A program made the position numbers and the translations under genes. The notes under the pieces are model-generated. The model made no database searches. It saw only the letters and a program-made list of their open reading frames with translations, and was not told the origin of the DNA. Positions 10,164 through 19,397 of a stretch of DNA of 64,000 nt are shown here, one piece after another. Origin of the DNA: a virus (taxonomy: Duplodnaviria > Caudoviricetes); IMG/VR virus record IMGVR_UViG_3300031993_000006, positions 32,001 to 96,000 of that record. One strand, 5' to 3'. Position 1 is the stretch's first letter, and every line of letters begins with the position of its first letter.

Positions 10164-11651
10164 TTAAAATATGTTGCCAAGACCGCCGAGCGCGAAGTCT
10201 GTCTTGTCCTGTTCCCCGGAGCCCCCGTGGGTTTCCCCGGTCTCGTTCATATCGACACCCGGGTTGGTCACATTTTCAGCAGCCTGCCCGAACTGGCTCT
10301 GGGCATTATCCATCATATCGCCCATCTCGCCCGGATTGTTGAGGTTAACGCTTTCGTCAGGAGAAAGTCCGCCGCCGACACCAGTCTGGTCATCAGCCGG
10401 GAATATCGTAGAAGCAGCTTCCTTGGCAGTATCGTGCATAGCAGTTCCGTCAGCGTTGTACACTTCCGGGAACCACTTCCCGAGATTCGTCTTGAACTTG
10501 ACGACATCGACATTGCCCTCTTCAAGAGCCTTGCCCATTTCCTGCAGACCCTTAACCGGCAACGGCTGTTCACCGAGAGCCTTGAATTCATCAAATGCCA
10601 AGAACTGCTCGACAAGTTCGCTAGCAATCATCTTGTCGACACCCGGGAACCCTTCGCGCCATTCCTTGGCACTGAGCTTAGCACCGGCTGAACCATTTTC
10701 GGTCAAATCAGACAAGCCGTCGGCAACTATCTGAGACAAACCGTCGAGCGCAGCCTGAGAGAACGCCGTCTGAGCATATTCAGCAAATTCTTTCATATCT
10801 TCGCCCTTACCGTTACCATCAGATACCCCATTAACCTGGCCAGCATTCTGAGGAGCGTCGGTACCGTCGCCTGACGGAGGCGGCGTCGGCGCATTACCAT
10901 CAGCGGGTCCGGTAGAACCATCAGCTGGAGCAGCAAAATCAGCCGCACCGAAATCATCAGCTTCATTCAGTGCACACATCTCGCAAAGGTTACGGAGCTG
11001 ATGGAGACGCCAGTCGACTGACTCGTAAGCAGTAATGTTATTCGGGTCATTCGTAGCAATATTCAACGTATCGTTAAAGTTGTTGCCCGGAGCCTTGATG
11101 ACTTCCCCGCCATAGATATTGTTGTTTCGAAGTTCATCAGCATTGCGCGCAATCAATTCCCTTGCCTGCTGGAAAATGAACTGAGAGAAGTTAATTCGGA
11201 ACTGGTCCGATTCCGGGGACACATCGATAAATGTATTGGCATCGTTGCTCAAGGCAAGCTCAACCGTGATTTCGCCCTTCGGAGTCGGATACTTCATATT
11301 CATATCGACATGCTGGCCATCGCAATCAAACTCTCCGTGCATCGAAGTCTCGTTGAAATCGATACCGTCGAGGTTAATGCGGATGCCGGTATTCTGCCGA
11401 GCCGTGGAAGTCGCCTCTGTAAGGAACTTTATCCCGATATCCTTCATCGAGAGATAGTTCTTGTGTCCAAGAAGACTCTTGTTTTCGTATGTACGGTGGT
11501 CAAAGTCTTCCTTGGTCTGGTCGCCTACGGGGCCCAAAGTCCCCTTCATCATAGAAATAGACGCGGTACGAGCCGGAGTAACCGGCCCGCTCTTGGTCGT
11601 AGTATATTCGAAGGTATTCCTAAAATCCTTCAACGAAACGCCTTTACTCAC
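10164..11651 (-). CDS. Acidic late protein, candidate head-associated protein
   Basis: TATAAACT at 11680-11687; GAGG Shine-Dalgarno before the GTG; LTEA, AYES and LNEA motifs. Confidence 0.75.
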   Translation of the reverse strand: MSKGVSLKDFRNTFEYTTTKSGPVTPARTASISMMKGTLGPVGDQTKEDFDHRTYENKSLLGHKNYLSMKDIGIKFLTEATSTARQNTGIRINLDGIDFNETSMHGEFDCDGQHVDMNMKYPTPKGEITVELALSNDANTFIDVSPESDQFRINFSQFIFQQARELIARNADELRNNNIYGGEVIKAPGNNFNDTLNIATNDPNNITAYESVDWRLHQLRNLCEMCALNEADDFGAADFAAPADGSTGPADGNAPTPPPSGDGTDAPQNAGQVNGVSDGNGKGEDMKEFAEYAQTAFSQAALDGLSQIVADGLSDLTENGSAGAKLSAKEWREGFPGVDKMIASELVEQFLAFDEFKALGEQPLPVKGLQEMGKALEEGNVDVVKFKTNLGKWFPEVYNADGTAMHDTAKEAASTIFPADDQTGVGGGLSPDESVNLNNPGEMGDMMDNAQSQFGQAAENVTNPGVDMNETGETHGGSGEQDKTDFALGGLGNIF

Positions 11652-11699
11652 GGGAACCTCGTAGAAACTGTTTTCCGCAAGTTTATATGGCGAGCTTTC

Positions 11700-12584
11700 C
11701 TATTCTACCAGGAATTCGTGGTTAATTTCGCCACCGTCACTTTCCATGCCGGCCACATAGAGGGAAATCGGGTCAGCCGGATTGGCACCCGGTATCGAAG
11801 CGAATCCCTTCAATGCAATCTTGTCGCGCTTCTCGTTCTTTCCGTGGCGGATGTCAATCTCGTAGTCGGTGTCGATACCCTTCAGGATATTAAAGTAAAT
11901 GGCCGGAATCTTGCGGAACTTGTCATGCGAGCTAGCGTAGGCCTGGTCGATGAAATCGGCAGACCCCATACGGGTTAGGTTCCTCGGCACGGTATTGGTA
12001 ATCTGCTGGCCAGTACGGCCTTTCATATAGATGTTAATCTTGGTATGGGTAAGCACGACGGACACGAACTGGCAACCCGGAACCATCCTGAGTTCATCGC
12101 AGGTAGTCTTGAGCTCATCCTTGTTCATAACGAATGTAGCAAGGAGGTGCATCGGGTCAACATTCCTGTCCAACGGGCAGTGCCTAGCCCTCTGGTCAAA
12201 GCGGGTAGGGTCGGCGCATATCGTACGGGCCGTCTTAGTCGCGGTCGCATCGGTGCCGTTCATGAACTTAACCATCGGGTACACATGACCGTTGGTAAGC
12301 ATTTCGTCAAGCACGGTAATGTTGGCTTCCGGATTGTTCGGATACCCGACCAACTCGCAGAAGCGGATAAATTCCATTAATGATGCAATACACACTTCCC
12401 TCCCACCGAAATTGAAATCGTCCGCCCCGGCAGATATGTGGAGGAAGGTAGCCGTCGTAGGTACCGTGATGCGGCAACGACCGTTAGCCTTGAAGAAAAC
12501 AGTTGACTTTGACTTACTCACCATCGTAAGTTTCTTCAACAAAGAGAAGAACTGTGGCGACATCTTGATAATCTGTGGTTCCAT
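11700..12584 (-). CDS. Sliding clamp (T4 gp45-like)
   Basis: KMSPQFFSLLKKLTMVS and EVCIASLMEFIRFCELV match the gp45 N-terminal pattern (KLSKDTTALLKNFATIN; VAIYDLNGFLGILSLV); replisome context. Confidence 0.7.
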   Translation of the reverse strand: MEPQIIKMSPQFFSLLKKLTMVSKSKSTVFFKANGRCRITVPTTATFLHISAGADDFNFGGREVCIASLMEFIRFCELVGYPNNPEANITVLDEMLTNGHVYPMVKFMNGTDATATKTARTICADPTRFDQRARHCPLDRNVDPMHLLATFVMNKDELKTTCDELRMVPGCQFVSVVLTHTKINIYMKGRTGQQITNTVPRNLTRMGSADFIDQAYASSHDKFRKIPAIYFNILKGIDTDYEIDIRHGKNEKRDKIALKGFASIPGANPADPISLYVAGMESDGGEINHEFLVE

Positions 12585-12587
12585 AGG

Positions 12588-14606
12588 TTAGACATCCTTT
12601 AATGAGCCAAGCGGCTTCTTGATAAAGTTAGCAATTCTTTCGACACCGAGGTTCATTTCCGGTGTCCTCGGGCGCACGACATACTCCAAACTCCCCCAAC
12701 TTTCGACCGATATCTGCATCATCGGTATACTGAACTTCAAGCAGAGCGCAGATACCGACGGACCGAGAAGCCCCCTCTGGTCGCCGAGCTGCTGGAAAAA
12801 GCTGATATACCCAAGTTCCCTAAGGTATTCCCCGCGAAGCGCGACAAACGGGCCGTCCATCACCTGCACCAGGTGCATACCGTCAATAGCCCTCGTACCG
12901 AAAACCCTGCGGTGCTCCCCGGTTATCTCGCTGTACAACCCGTAGAACCCGTAGGTATTCGGGCATCCTATCCAGCTGCCGTCAGCAAGACGGTACTCGT
13001 AGCCAAACGGGGCTACCGCGCCTACTTCGGCGGGAACTTCGTCGAGGCACTTGTGGAACATCGGGTCGGAAATGAACGAAGTCGACGACGCGAGAATTAC
13101 CCACTTCGGGGTAAACCGCACACTGAGGGACTTAAACTTGGCAATCGCGTTGTTAATGGCACGGGCGAACGAAGGCGGAATCTTGCGGCGGCCATAGACC
13201 TTCCCGCAGGTCATCCGGAATACACACTCGTCCTTCACATGCGGATATTCATCGTAGCGCCCATGCAGCCCGTCCGAGCTGAACAGGAAGGTGACAATCT
13301 GGCGCTCGTCGGAAAGGCGGAGAATATCGTTTCGGGTAGCCACGGTACGGCGGACCTCCGGACCGGAACTGAGAATGTTCCTGATTGCGTTGAGCTGTTC
13401 GTACTCACGGTTAACCTTGTCCAGCACCGCACGAGACTTCTTCTGCTTTTCGGCCTCCCGTTCCTGTATGGATGCGGCGATTGCGGCTTCCATCTGCTCG
13501 ACCGGATTAGCAAATATGACCGGCGGGGTAGCCAGCGCAGCCTTGCTGCACCCGGTACGGACATAGAGCTTCATCGGCTGCTTCTTGCGAATCTTGCACT
13601 CGACACCCTTGGCGACAACCTTCTCCACATCGGCCTTCACCCATCCCCTGATGACCATCCCGGGTTTCGCGGTAGGCGGCGCTATCGAGCCATCATTCAG
13701 GACGTACCGACACTTGCCACTGATGAACTCATCAATCCACCGTTCGGACTTCAAGAACTTATACTGTATTGCACGACGGGTATAGTAGGTATATCCCTCG
13801 CAATAGTACACCCTGTCATTGTGGGTGTCAATAAGGTCGTCAAGGAAGGCCCGGCTATATAGATAAGTGTGCGCATCCTTGGTTTCCGGTGTCGGCTTTA
13901 CCTCGTGGTACTCGCGCATCTTACGGAAGTAGCTGTTAGTCCATCCCATATAGATTGCGGCGATTTCCGCGGGAATCGATTCCGGAAGCGGAGTCTTCCT
14001 GAACCATCGACGCCCGCTACGGTCAGGATTCAAATAGGCAAGCATGGCAGCCTTGCTATACTTGTACGGCTGACGGCGCTCCCTCGGCTCGTGGTGTATC
14101 TTCCCTTCCTTGGTGAGAATCTTCAAGCGCTTTATCGAGATTCCCATAAGCATCGCGGCAACCGAGCGTCGGACTGGCGCAGTCATCTGCATTATGAGGT
14201 AGTACGGGTACCACTCGCGGTAGAACCGTTCGATATCCCGGCGGTAGACCACGGTCTTCCCGGTCTTCTCCGACTTGTGCGTACGGAGCTTCCCGCTCTT
14301 GACAAACCTAATGTACTGCCCGGGCTTAAACTTCAGTTCAAGCATCGCTTCAGCCTGAGTGAACTCGTGTCGGGGATGCAGGTTGTCCGGCGGCGTGATG
14401 CGATATTTTGCGACAGCATCCATAGCCGCAGTAAAGCGGAACATCTTCATCCCATTCTCGTTGTAACGGAAAGGAACATCGTCGAACATCCGGCTGCTCT
14501 TCAACTTGGATGTCGGGATGTTGAGGTACTTCGACAGGTACTGGAACCCGACGAACTCCGGAGTCACATTCCGGTTCTTGTAAGCCTGATGCAGAATAGC
14601 CGGCAT
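12588..14606 (-). CDS. Protein with about five tandem MerR/excisionase-like HTH repeats fused to a degenerate GT-A glycosyltransferase-like domain
   Basis: HTH repeats such as FTQAEAMLEL..FVKSGKL..YRRDIERF and RSVAAMLMGISIKRLKILTKEGKI; C-terminal SFARAINNAI..KWVIL..VGAVAPFG..VQVMDGPFVALRG. Confidence 0.6.
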   Translation of the reverse strand: MPAILHQAYKNRNVTPEFVGFQYLSKYLNIPTSKLKSSRMFDDVPFRYNENGMKMFRFTAAMDAVAKYRITPPDNLHPRHEFTQAEAMLELKFKPGQYIRFVKSGKLRTHKSEKTGKTVVYRRDIERFYREWYPYYLIMQMTAPVRRSVAAMLMGISIKRLKILTKEGKIHHEPRERRQPYKYSKAAMLAYLNPDRSGRRWFRKTPLPESIPAEIAAIYMGWTNSYFRKMREYHEVKPTPETKDAHTYLYSRAFLDDLIDTHNDRVYYCEGYTYYTRRAIQYKFLKSERWIDEFISGKCRYVLNDGSIAPPTAKPGMVIRGWVKADVEKVVAKGVECKIRKKQPMKLYVRTGCSKAALATPPVIFANPVEQMEAAIAASIQEREAEKQKKSRAVLDKVNREYEQLNAIRNILSSGPEVRRTVATRNDILRLSDERQIVTFLFSSDGLHGRYDEYPHVKDECVFRMTCGKVYGRRKIPPSFARAINNAIAKFKSLSVRFTPKWVILASSTSFISDPMFHKCLDEVPAEVGAVAPFGYEYRLADGSWIGCPNTYGFYGLYSEITGEHRRVFGTRAIDGMHLVQVMDGPFVALRGEYLRELGYISFFQQLGDQRGLLGPSVSALCLKFSIPMMQISVESWGSLEYVVRPRTPEMNLGVERIANFIKKPLGSLKDV

Positions 14607-15796
14607 TAGAACACTACCTCCGCCCGATTGCTTTCCTTCTTCTGACGGAACGCGCGGATTCCCTCGTAGCGCTTCTTTGAAGCTTCCTTGCGCATATTCC
14701 CGTATTTCAGAGCGAACAGGATAGAAGCCCCGTCCGGCGCCCTAGTCCTCGACTCAAGGACTTCCCGGCACACATACCCGTCACGGTCAAGCGGCATTTC
14801 TCCCATCATCACGGCCTTGTTGATATCCTTGCTCTGCAAACCTTCCCAGGTGAACCAGCGGAACCCCATGCGGCAAGTCGCTTCACGGGCTTCACGCCCC
14901 TTATCATCGTTATCCCAAAGAACCACGATGTTGTTCTTGTGTTCGGCAAGCCGCGGATTCTCGTTGATAATCTCGAGGAAGTGCGGAATGCCACCGATAG
15001 CGATTGAATTGCGTATAAAGGTAGAATCTATCGTACCCTCAAGGATATAGATAGTTTCGTCGTAGTTGATAAAGTCAATATTATACGCAGTGCGCTTGAC
15101 TCCGGCGAAGTTCAGGTAGCGCAACGGATTCTTCTCGTCGATTGCGCGGGCGTCGAACTGCCCCCACTTACCCCCGAACTGGTAAAACGGGATTATAATG
15201 CGGTTGCGGTACTCGTTCCCTCTCGGGTAGCCCTTCTCGTTCAGTACGAGATTCCCCATAGCGTCACGGTCGTAGAACTGCTCGCCCGCCTGGCATACGA
15301 ACCAGTCGTGATACACCTCCTCGCGGATTCTACGGTATTGGCAAAGCTGCAGACCGGCAATCGCCAAAGGATGATGCGCTGTTATCGGAATTATTTCCCC
15401 GGGCTTGAACGGGAGTACGGGCTGCGGAGGAGGTGGAGGGGGTGGAGGAAGCTTTGCTTCCCCATTATGCGTACCAACCTTGAAGCTCTTCTTTTCCGGG
15501 CCGAACGCATTGAACAGCAGCTGCCTATAGGCATCCTCGTCCCGCTCCTTCAGCCACATCGCATACGGCTTGATTGGCGTACACTTGTAACACACATACA
15601 TCCATGTATCGGTGTATATGTACGCCTTCTTCTCGTTAGGCCGTGTAGGGTCGCCACATTCAGGGTTCGGACAAACAAAGTTGAAGAATCTCGGATTAGA
15701 GTCATCAAGTGTATTTGCCGCCACCTGGTCTGCCAACTGCTCGTGAATAGAGTCGATGTACACGGCGGCCGGTATGTCGGAAAAATCATGCTGCAT
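14606..15796 (-). CDS. DNA primase (T4 gp61-like)
   Basis: Zn finger NFVCPNPECGD..YVCYKC; RIIIPFY..FDARA; TOPRIM ILEGTIDS and WDNDDKG; KDIN. Confidence 0.95.
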   Translation of the reverse strand: MQHDFSDIPAAVYIDSIHEQLADQVAANTLDDSNPRFFNFVCPNPECGDPTRPNEKKAYIYTDTWMYVCYKCTPIKPYAMWLKERDEDAYRQLLFNAFGPEKKSFKVGTHNGEAKLPPPPPPPPQPVLPFKPGEIIPITAHHPLAIAGLQLCQYRRIREEVYHDWFVCQAGEQFYDRDAMGNLVLNEKGYPRGNEYRNRIIIPFYQFGGKWGQFDARAIDEKNPLRYLNFAGVKRTAYNIDFINYDETIYILEGTIDSTFIRNSIAIGGIPHFLEIINENPRLAEHKNNIVVLWDNDDKGREAREATCRMGFRWFTWEGLQSKDINKAVMMGEMPLDRDGYVCREVLESRTRAPDGASILFALKYGNMRKEASKKRYEGIRAFRQKKESNRAEVVF

Positions 15797-15803
15797 GTAT
15801 TAC

Positions 15804-15847
15804 AAATATAGCAAAGAAAAAGGAGCCGACTGACGCCGACCCCTTTC
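15804..15847 (-). promoter_or_regulatory. gp32 terminator hairpin abutting the primase TTGCTATATTT promoter (15804-15814)
   Basis: Minus strand AAAGGGGTCGGC-GTCA-GTCGGCTCCTTTTTCTTTGCTATATTTG; the ATG is 7 nt after the motif. Confidence 0.7.
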
Positions 15848-15867
15848 TATTGTTGCGTTGTACCTAT

Positions 15868-17691
15868 TTAGAATGGCAATGTGTCGTCACCGTCGGTTTC
15901 ATAGGTCGGAACTTGCTGCTGTGCAGTGGCGGCCTGTTGCTGGACCGGAGCGGACGGAGATACACCTTGGCTTGGGACCGTGAAAGCCGGCATTGCCGGT
16001 GCGGTTGCTGGAGCCGGAGCTGGCCTATAAGGTTCAGCGGGCTGAGCTGCCGGGGCGGCTGCCGTGGCTGCCGGGGCGCCCATCTGGACACCCTGCAGGG
16101 CAAACTGGGCTGCGGTCGGAGCCTTAAACTGCGTAGCCGCCGGAGCTGCTACCTGTACACCCGGCTGTGCAAACTGAGATGCCGCCTGAGCAGGTGCTAC
16201 AGAAGCCGGAGCGACAAATGTCGGTGCGGCTGGTGCAGCTGCCGGCTGACCAAACTGAGGTGCGGCGGCGACAGCCGGCTGAATATTGTCCGGCTGAGTC
16301 GGGTTCACCGGAGCCCGCATCACTGCAGGAGTCGGGGAATACGCGGTTGTTGCCGGGGTATTCGGGACCTGCCCAAAGGAAAGACCTGTCTGAACCTTAG
16401 TCGTAGGCGGGACCTTCGGGATATTGCCCTGCAGCACATAACCCTGAGCGCCTGTCTGGAACGGCTGAGCGGCGTATGTCGGGTTGTACGGGGAAGCTGC
16501 GCCCGGCATCTGCTGTGCGCCCAAGCCGAAGTTGCCTGCGGCAGCGCTCTGCTGCTTACTTGCAATGTCTGCGTTGACTTCCTGCCAGAACTTAGCCAAT
16601 GTTGCACGAGCCTGTTCCGGAGTCGGTGTATCTTCGTAAACGATAGTCAAGTCATGGCAACGCTGCAAAATGTCGTACATTTGATTTTCGTCAAATACGA
16701 CTTCCTGCATACCGGTCTGCGGATTGACAACAGTCTTTGTAGCAAGCATAGAGGAATAACCGGCAAAGCCACTACCCTGATAGGTCGGTGCACCCTTCTT
16801 GCCGGTACCCATACTCTTCTTTTCGTCCCAGACGCCAGCAATCTGATAGTTTCTTCCCTGAACAGGGTCATACGGAATGAAACAGTTACCCTTATCGAAG
16901 TACTGCTTTCCTTCCTTGATAGCTTCGGCCCTCTTGTTATATTCGGTAACCGGTTCCTGAAGCGTATTGTGCTGGAACTTATTCATTTCCCAGAGCTTCA
17001 CCTGGCCAGCAAGTTCATTATGGTTTTCATCGGAAATAATTAATGCATTTCCATACCATACATCTTCAGGCAACATCTGAAGATATTTCTTCAATGTATT
17101 ATCATCGGCGCCGGCTTCCTTAGCAGCATTGCGGCGATTCCATACATCCTGGCAGTACGGGCAGCTGAACTTGTCTACACCCGGAATTATCTTGCCATCC
17201 GGAGTCTTGGTCGGATTCTGGCAGCACTTTGCTATAAGAAGCTTACCGGTGACCAAATCACGAATATAGTGGAACTTTACGCATACATACGGATAGCTTG
17301 CGAAATTAGTGCCATTCGGAAGCGGTCGGACCGTAGCCGTATAAGTCTTGTTCTTTTTAGTAACGCGCGGACGATAGATTCGCGGGTCTGGCGGTGGTTC
17401 ACCGTTACCGGTATTTTCAGTCGGTTCCGGTTCAGCGGCCGGAGCTGTAATATAAAGCATACCGCCATTGGGTACCGCCGGATTACCCGGGGCAGCACCC
17501 GGAGCCATACCCTGGGACATGCCTTGCGGCATACCCTGAGCCATACCCTGAGCCATACCCGGGGTCATACCCGGCGCCATCATCTGGGCCGGTGCGGATG
17601 GGTCCTGACCCTGTGCATATTGGAATTGTGTCGGCCGAGCAGCCGCCGGATTGGGCATCACGTCCTGCATTTGTTGCATTGATTGTGTCAT
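15868..17691 (-). CDS. Single-stranded DNA-binding protein (T4 gp32-like) with long Q/A/P-rich disordered arms and a bacterial-SSB-like DDTLPF tail
   Basis: Core ATVRPLP..FHY..KCC..CPYCQ..YGNALIISD..GQVKLW..PYDPVQGRNY..PTYQGSGF matches the gp32 pattern. Confidence 0.88.
   Translation of the reverse strand: MTQSMQQMQDVMPNPAAARPTQFQYAQGQDPSAPAQMMAPGMTPGMAQGMAQGMPQGMSQGMAPGAAPGNPAVPNGGMLYITAPAAEPEPTENTGNGEPPPDPRIYRPRVTKKNKTYTATVRPLPNGTNFASYPYVCVKFHYIRDLVTGKLLIAKCCQNPTKTPDGKIIPGVDKFSCPYCQDVWNRRNAAKEAGADDNTLKKYLQMLPEDVWYGNALIISDENHNELAGQVKLWEMNKFQHNTLQEPVTEYNKRAEAIKEGKQYFDKGNCFIPYDPVQGRNYQIAGVWDEKKSMGTGKKGAPTYQGSGFAGYSSMLATKTVVNPQTGMQEVVFDENQMYDILQRCHDLTIVYEDTPTPEQARATLAKFWQEVNADIASKQQSAAAGNFGLGAQQMPGAASPYNPTYAAQPFQTGAQGYVLQGNIPKVPPTTKVQTGLSFGQVPNTPATTAYSPTPAVMRAPVNPTQPDNIQPAVAAAPQFGQPAAAPAAPTFVAPASVAPAQAASQFAQPGVQVAAPAATQFKAPTAAQFALQGVQMGAPAATAAAPAAQPAEPYRPAPAPATAPAMPAFTVPSQGVSPSAPVQQQAATAQQQVPTYETDGDDTLPF
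17502..17580 (-). repeat. 12-bp coding tandem repeats (GMxQ/GMxP) in the gp32 N-terminal arm
   Basis: ccataccctgag-type units encoding PGMTPGMAQGMAQGMPQGMSQGMAP. Confidence 0.8.
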
Positions 17692-17716
17692 AAATAGGTT
17701 CCTTCAACTTTTCCTA

Positions 17717-17803
17717 AGCAGCTCACAAAATTAAGGGCATCTCATGGCGTTGTTTCGATGCCATGAAATGCCCGATGAACCGCTACATATCAAAATATAG
17801 CAA
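17717..17803 (-). promoter_or_regulatory. gp32 promoter (17793-17803) and structured 5' leader
   Basis: Nested stems AGCGGTTCA/TGAGCTGCT and GGGCATTTCATGGC/GCCATGAGATGCCC between the promoter and the ATG. Confidence 0.75.
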
Positions 17804-17827
17804 ATGTTTTGACACTTAGTGTCAAAA

Positions 17828-18517
17828 TTAAGATTTTTTATCCCCGGTTTCTATATTTTTTACGGCCGAGAGATTCGGAATCGCCAACTTAGGACCGGTA
17901 TCATGCCCGAGAAGTCGCATATGCTCATACTTTTCGAGAGAAGCTTCGACCAACTGGTCAACATCTTCAGGAACCTCATAATCGGGGTCATTCTTAAACG
18001 CCTCGTCAAGTTCCTTGACAGCTTCGTTGAGCAAGTCCTCGAACTTCCAGTCGATGCACTTGGCAACCGTATTGTCGATTGTACAAGCCTGGACAAACCG
18101 GCGGGACATCTCGTCATGGCTGAGAGCCTCTTCGGTGATATTCGGGTTGTACTCGTCGTCGATATGCTTGACGCCTTCGTGCTTTTCGTCATTGACGGTA
18201 AGAATCTTCCCGGCTTCCTTGTCATCCATATAGGACCCGGCATTGACTTCTTCGCTGTCACGCTCGAATTCCGGCGCGCGCATCATATAGTCCTTCCCGA
18301 GGAACTGGTTATGCCTTGATTCGCGCAAATCGGCAAGCCACTTCTTGCAGGTTTCGGTCTGCACAAGCTGGCCGTGGGACGACTTACTGAAGTCAGAGTT
18401 GACAATCAGCGCCGAAGTAGTCTCAATCTCCTTTTCACGGCTAGCAAACTTCTTTTCAAACGCCTCGTTTTCTTCCCTCAGCGTTTCAGCGTATTTCGGA
18501 AACTTAAAGTCCGACAT
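17828..18517 (-). CDS. Hypothetical acidic protein
   Basis: 229-aa ORF overlapping the upstream gene, in the replication operon. Confidence 0.75.
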   Translation of the reverse strand: MSDFKFPKYAETLREENEAFEKKFASREKEIETTSALIVNSDFSKSSHGQLVQTETCKKWLADLRESRHNQFLGKDYMMRAPEFERDSEEVNAGSYMDDKEAGKILTVNDEKHEGVKHIDDEYNPNITEEALSHDEMSRRFVQACTIDNTVAKCIDWKFEDLLNEAVKELDEAFKNDPDYEVPEDVDQLVEASLEKYEHMRLLGHDTGPKLAIPNLSAVKNIETGDKKS

Positions 18518-19367
18518 TTTCTAAACCCCCATTCTTCATATCCTTTGCTGCCTCAAGAACAGTCTCAATCTTCTCGATATCGATGTCCATAGAGTCAATC
18601 TGTTCCTCGACAGATGTGCCGGCCGCCTCGTCCGGAATATCCTCGATAATTCGCTGGACGAACCCACCACCGAGACACATCGGGCATACTTCCCCTGCAT
18701 CGGTAGTACCGACGCCGTGGCAAATCGGGCATTCGATAATACTGTCGGCAACTTTCTGCTTGACCGTACCGGTACCCGCACATAGAGGACAGACTTCATT
18801 ACCGTGAACCTTTCCCATTCCGCAGCAAACCGGACATTCGACTTCGCCGGCCTTGCGACGCTTCTTCTTTTCCTCGTCCACCGGATGCTTGGCGACATAT
18901 TCAAGTTCATCGTCGCTTATCTTGATATTCAGTTCCTCGGCAATCTTCTGCTTTATCTCGATATCGAGAACCTGTGCAAACTTCTGAGGGTCAACCTCGT
19001 TCACCAAAGTCATCACGATATCGTGCATCCCAAATCCCGGAACCTTATATACATTCCCGTTTCGGTCAGTACGCTCGACAGTCCTCGCATATTTCTTGTA
19101 TGCATTCCACAAAGCCAGGTTAATCTTGTCCCTAGCCTTCTTGAGTACCGTATCCGGCATCTTGAAGGTAATGCAAATATCACCAGTAAACCGAGGTTTC
19201 ATCAAAAAGCGCTTAATTTCGCTGGCAATGTCCTCGTTGCCAAACTTCTTCTGCGCATCGGAGTCCGAGGCCTCCATGTCGTCACCACGGTTGATACCGT
19301 CAGTCTCCTGCGGTTCACCGGAAGCGGCGTCTTCATTTTCTTCATAGTCGCTATTGTAGCTCATCAT
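18504..19367 (-). CDS. Protein with four CxxCxGxG (DnaJ-type) zinc-finger repeats; central region weakly resembles the gp33 late co-activator
   Basis: CPVCCGMG, CPLCAGTG, CPICHGVG, CPMCLGGG; DIVMTLVNEVDPQKFAQVLDIEIKQKIAEEL. Confidence 0.7.
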   Translation of the reverse strand: MMSYNSDYEENEDAASGEPQETDGINRGDDMEASDSDAQKKFGNEDIASEIKRFLMKPRFTGDICITFKMPDTVLKKARDKINLALWNAYKKYARTVERTDRNGNVYKVPGFGMHDIVMTLVNEVDPQKFAQVLDIEIKQKIAEELNIKISDDELEYVAKHPVDEEKKKRRKAGEVECPVCCGMGKVHGNEVCPLCAGTGTVKQKVADSIIECPICHGVGTTDAGEVCPMCLGGGFVQRIIEDIPDEAAGTSVEEQIDSMDIDIEKIETVLEAAKDMKNGGLENVGL

Positions 19368-19397
19368 TCCACCCGATATTTCTATACGGTATGGAAA

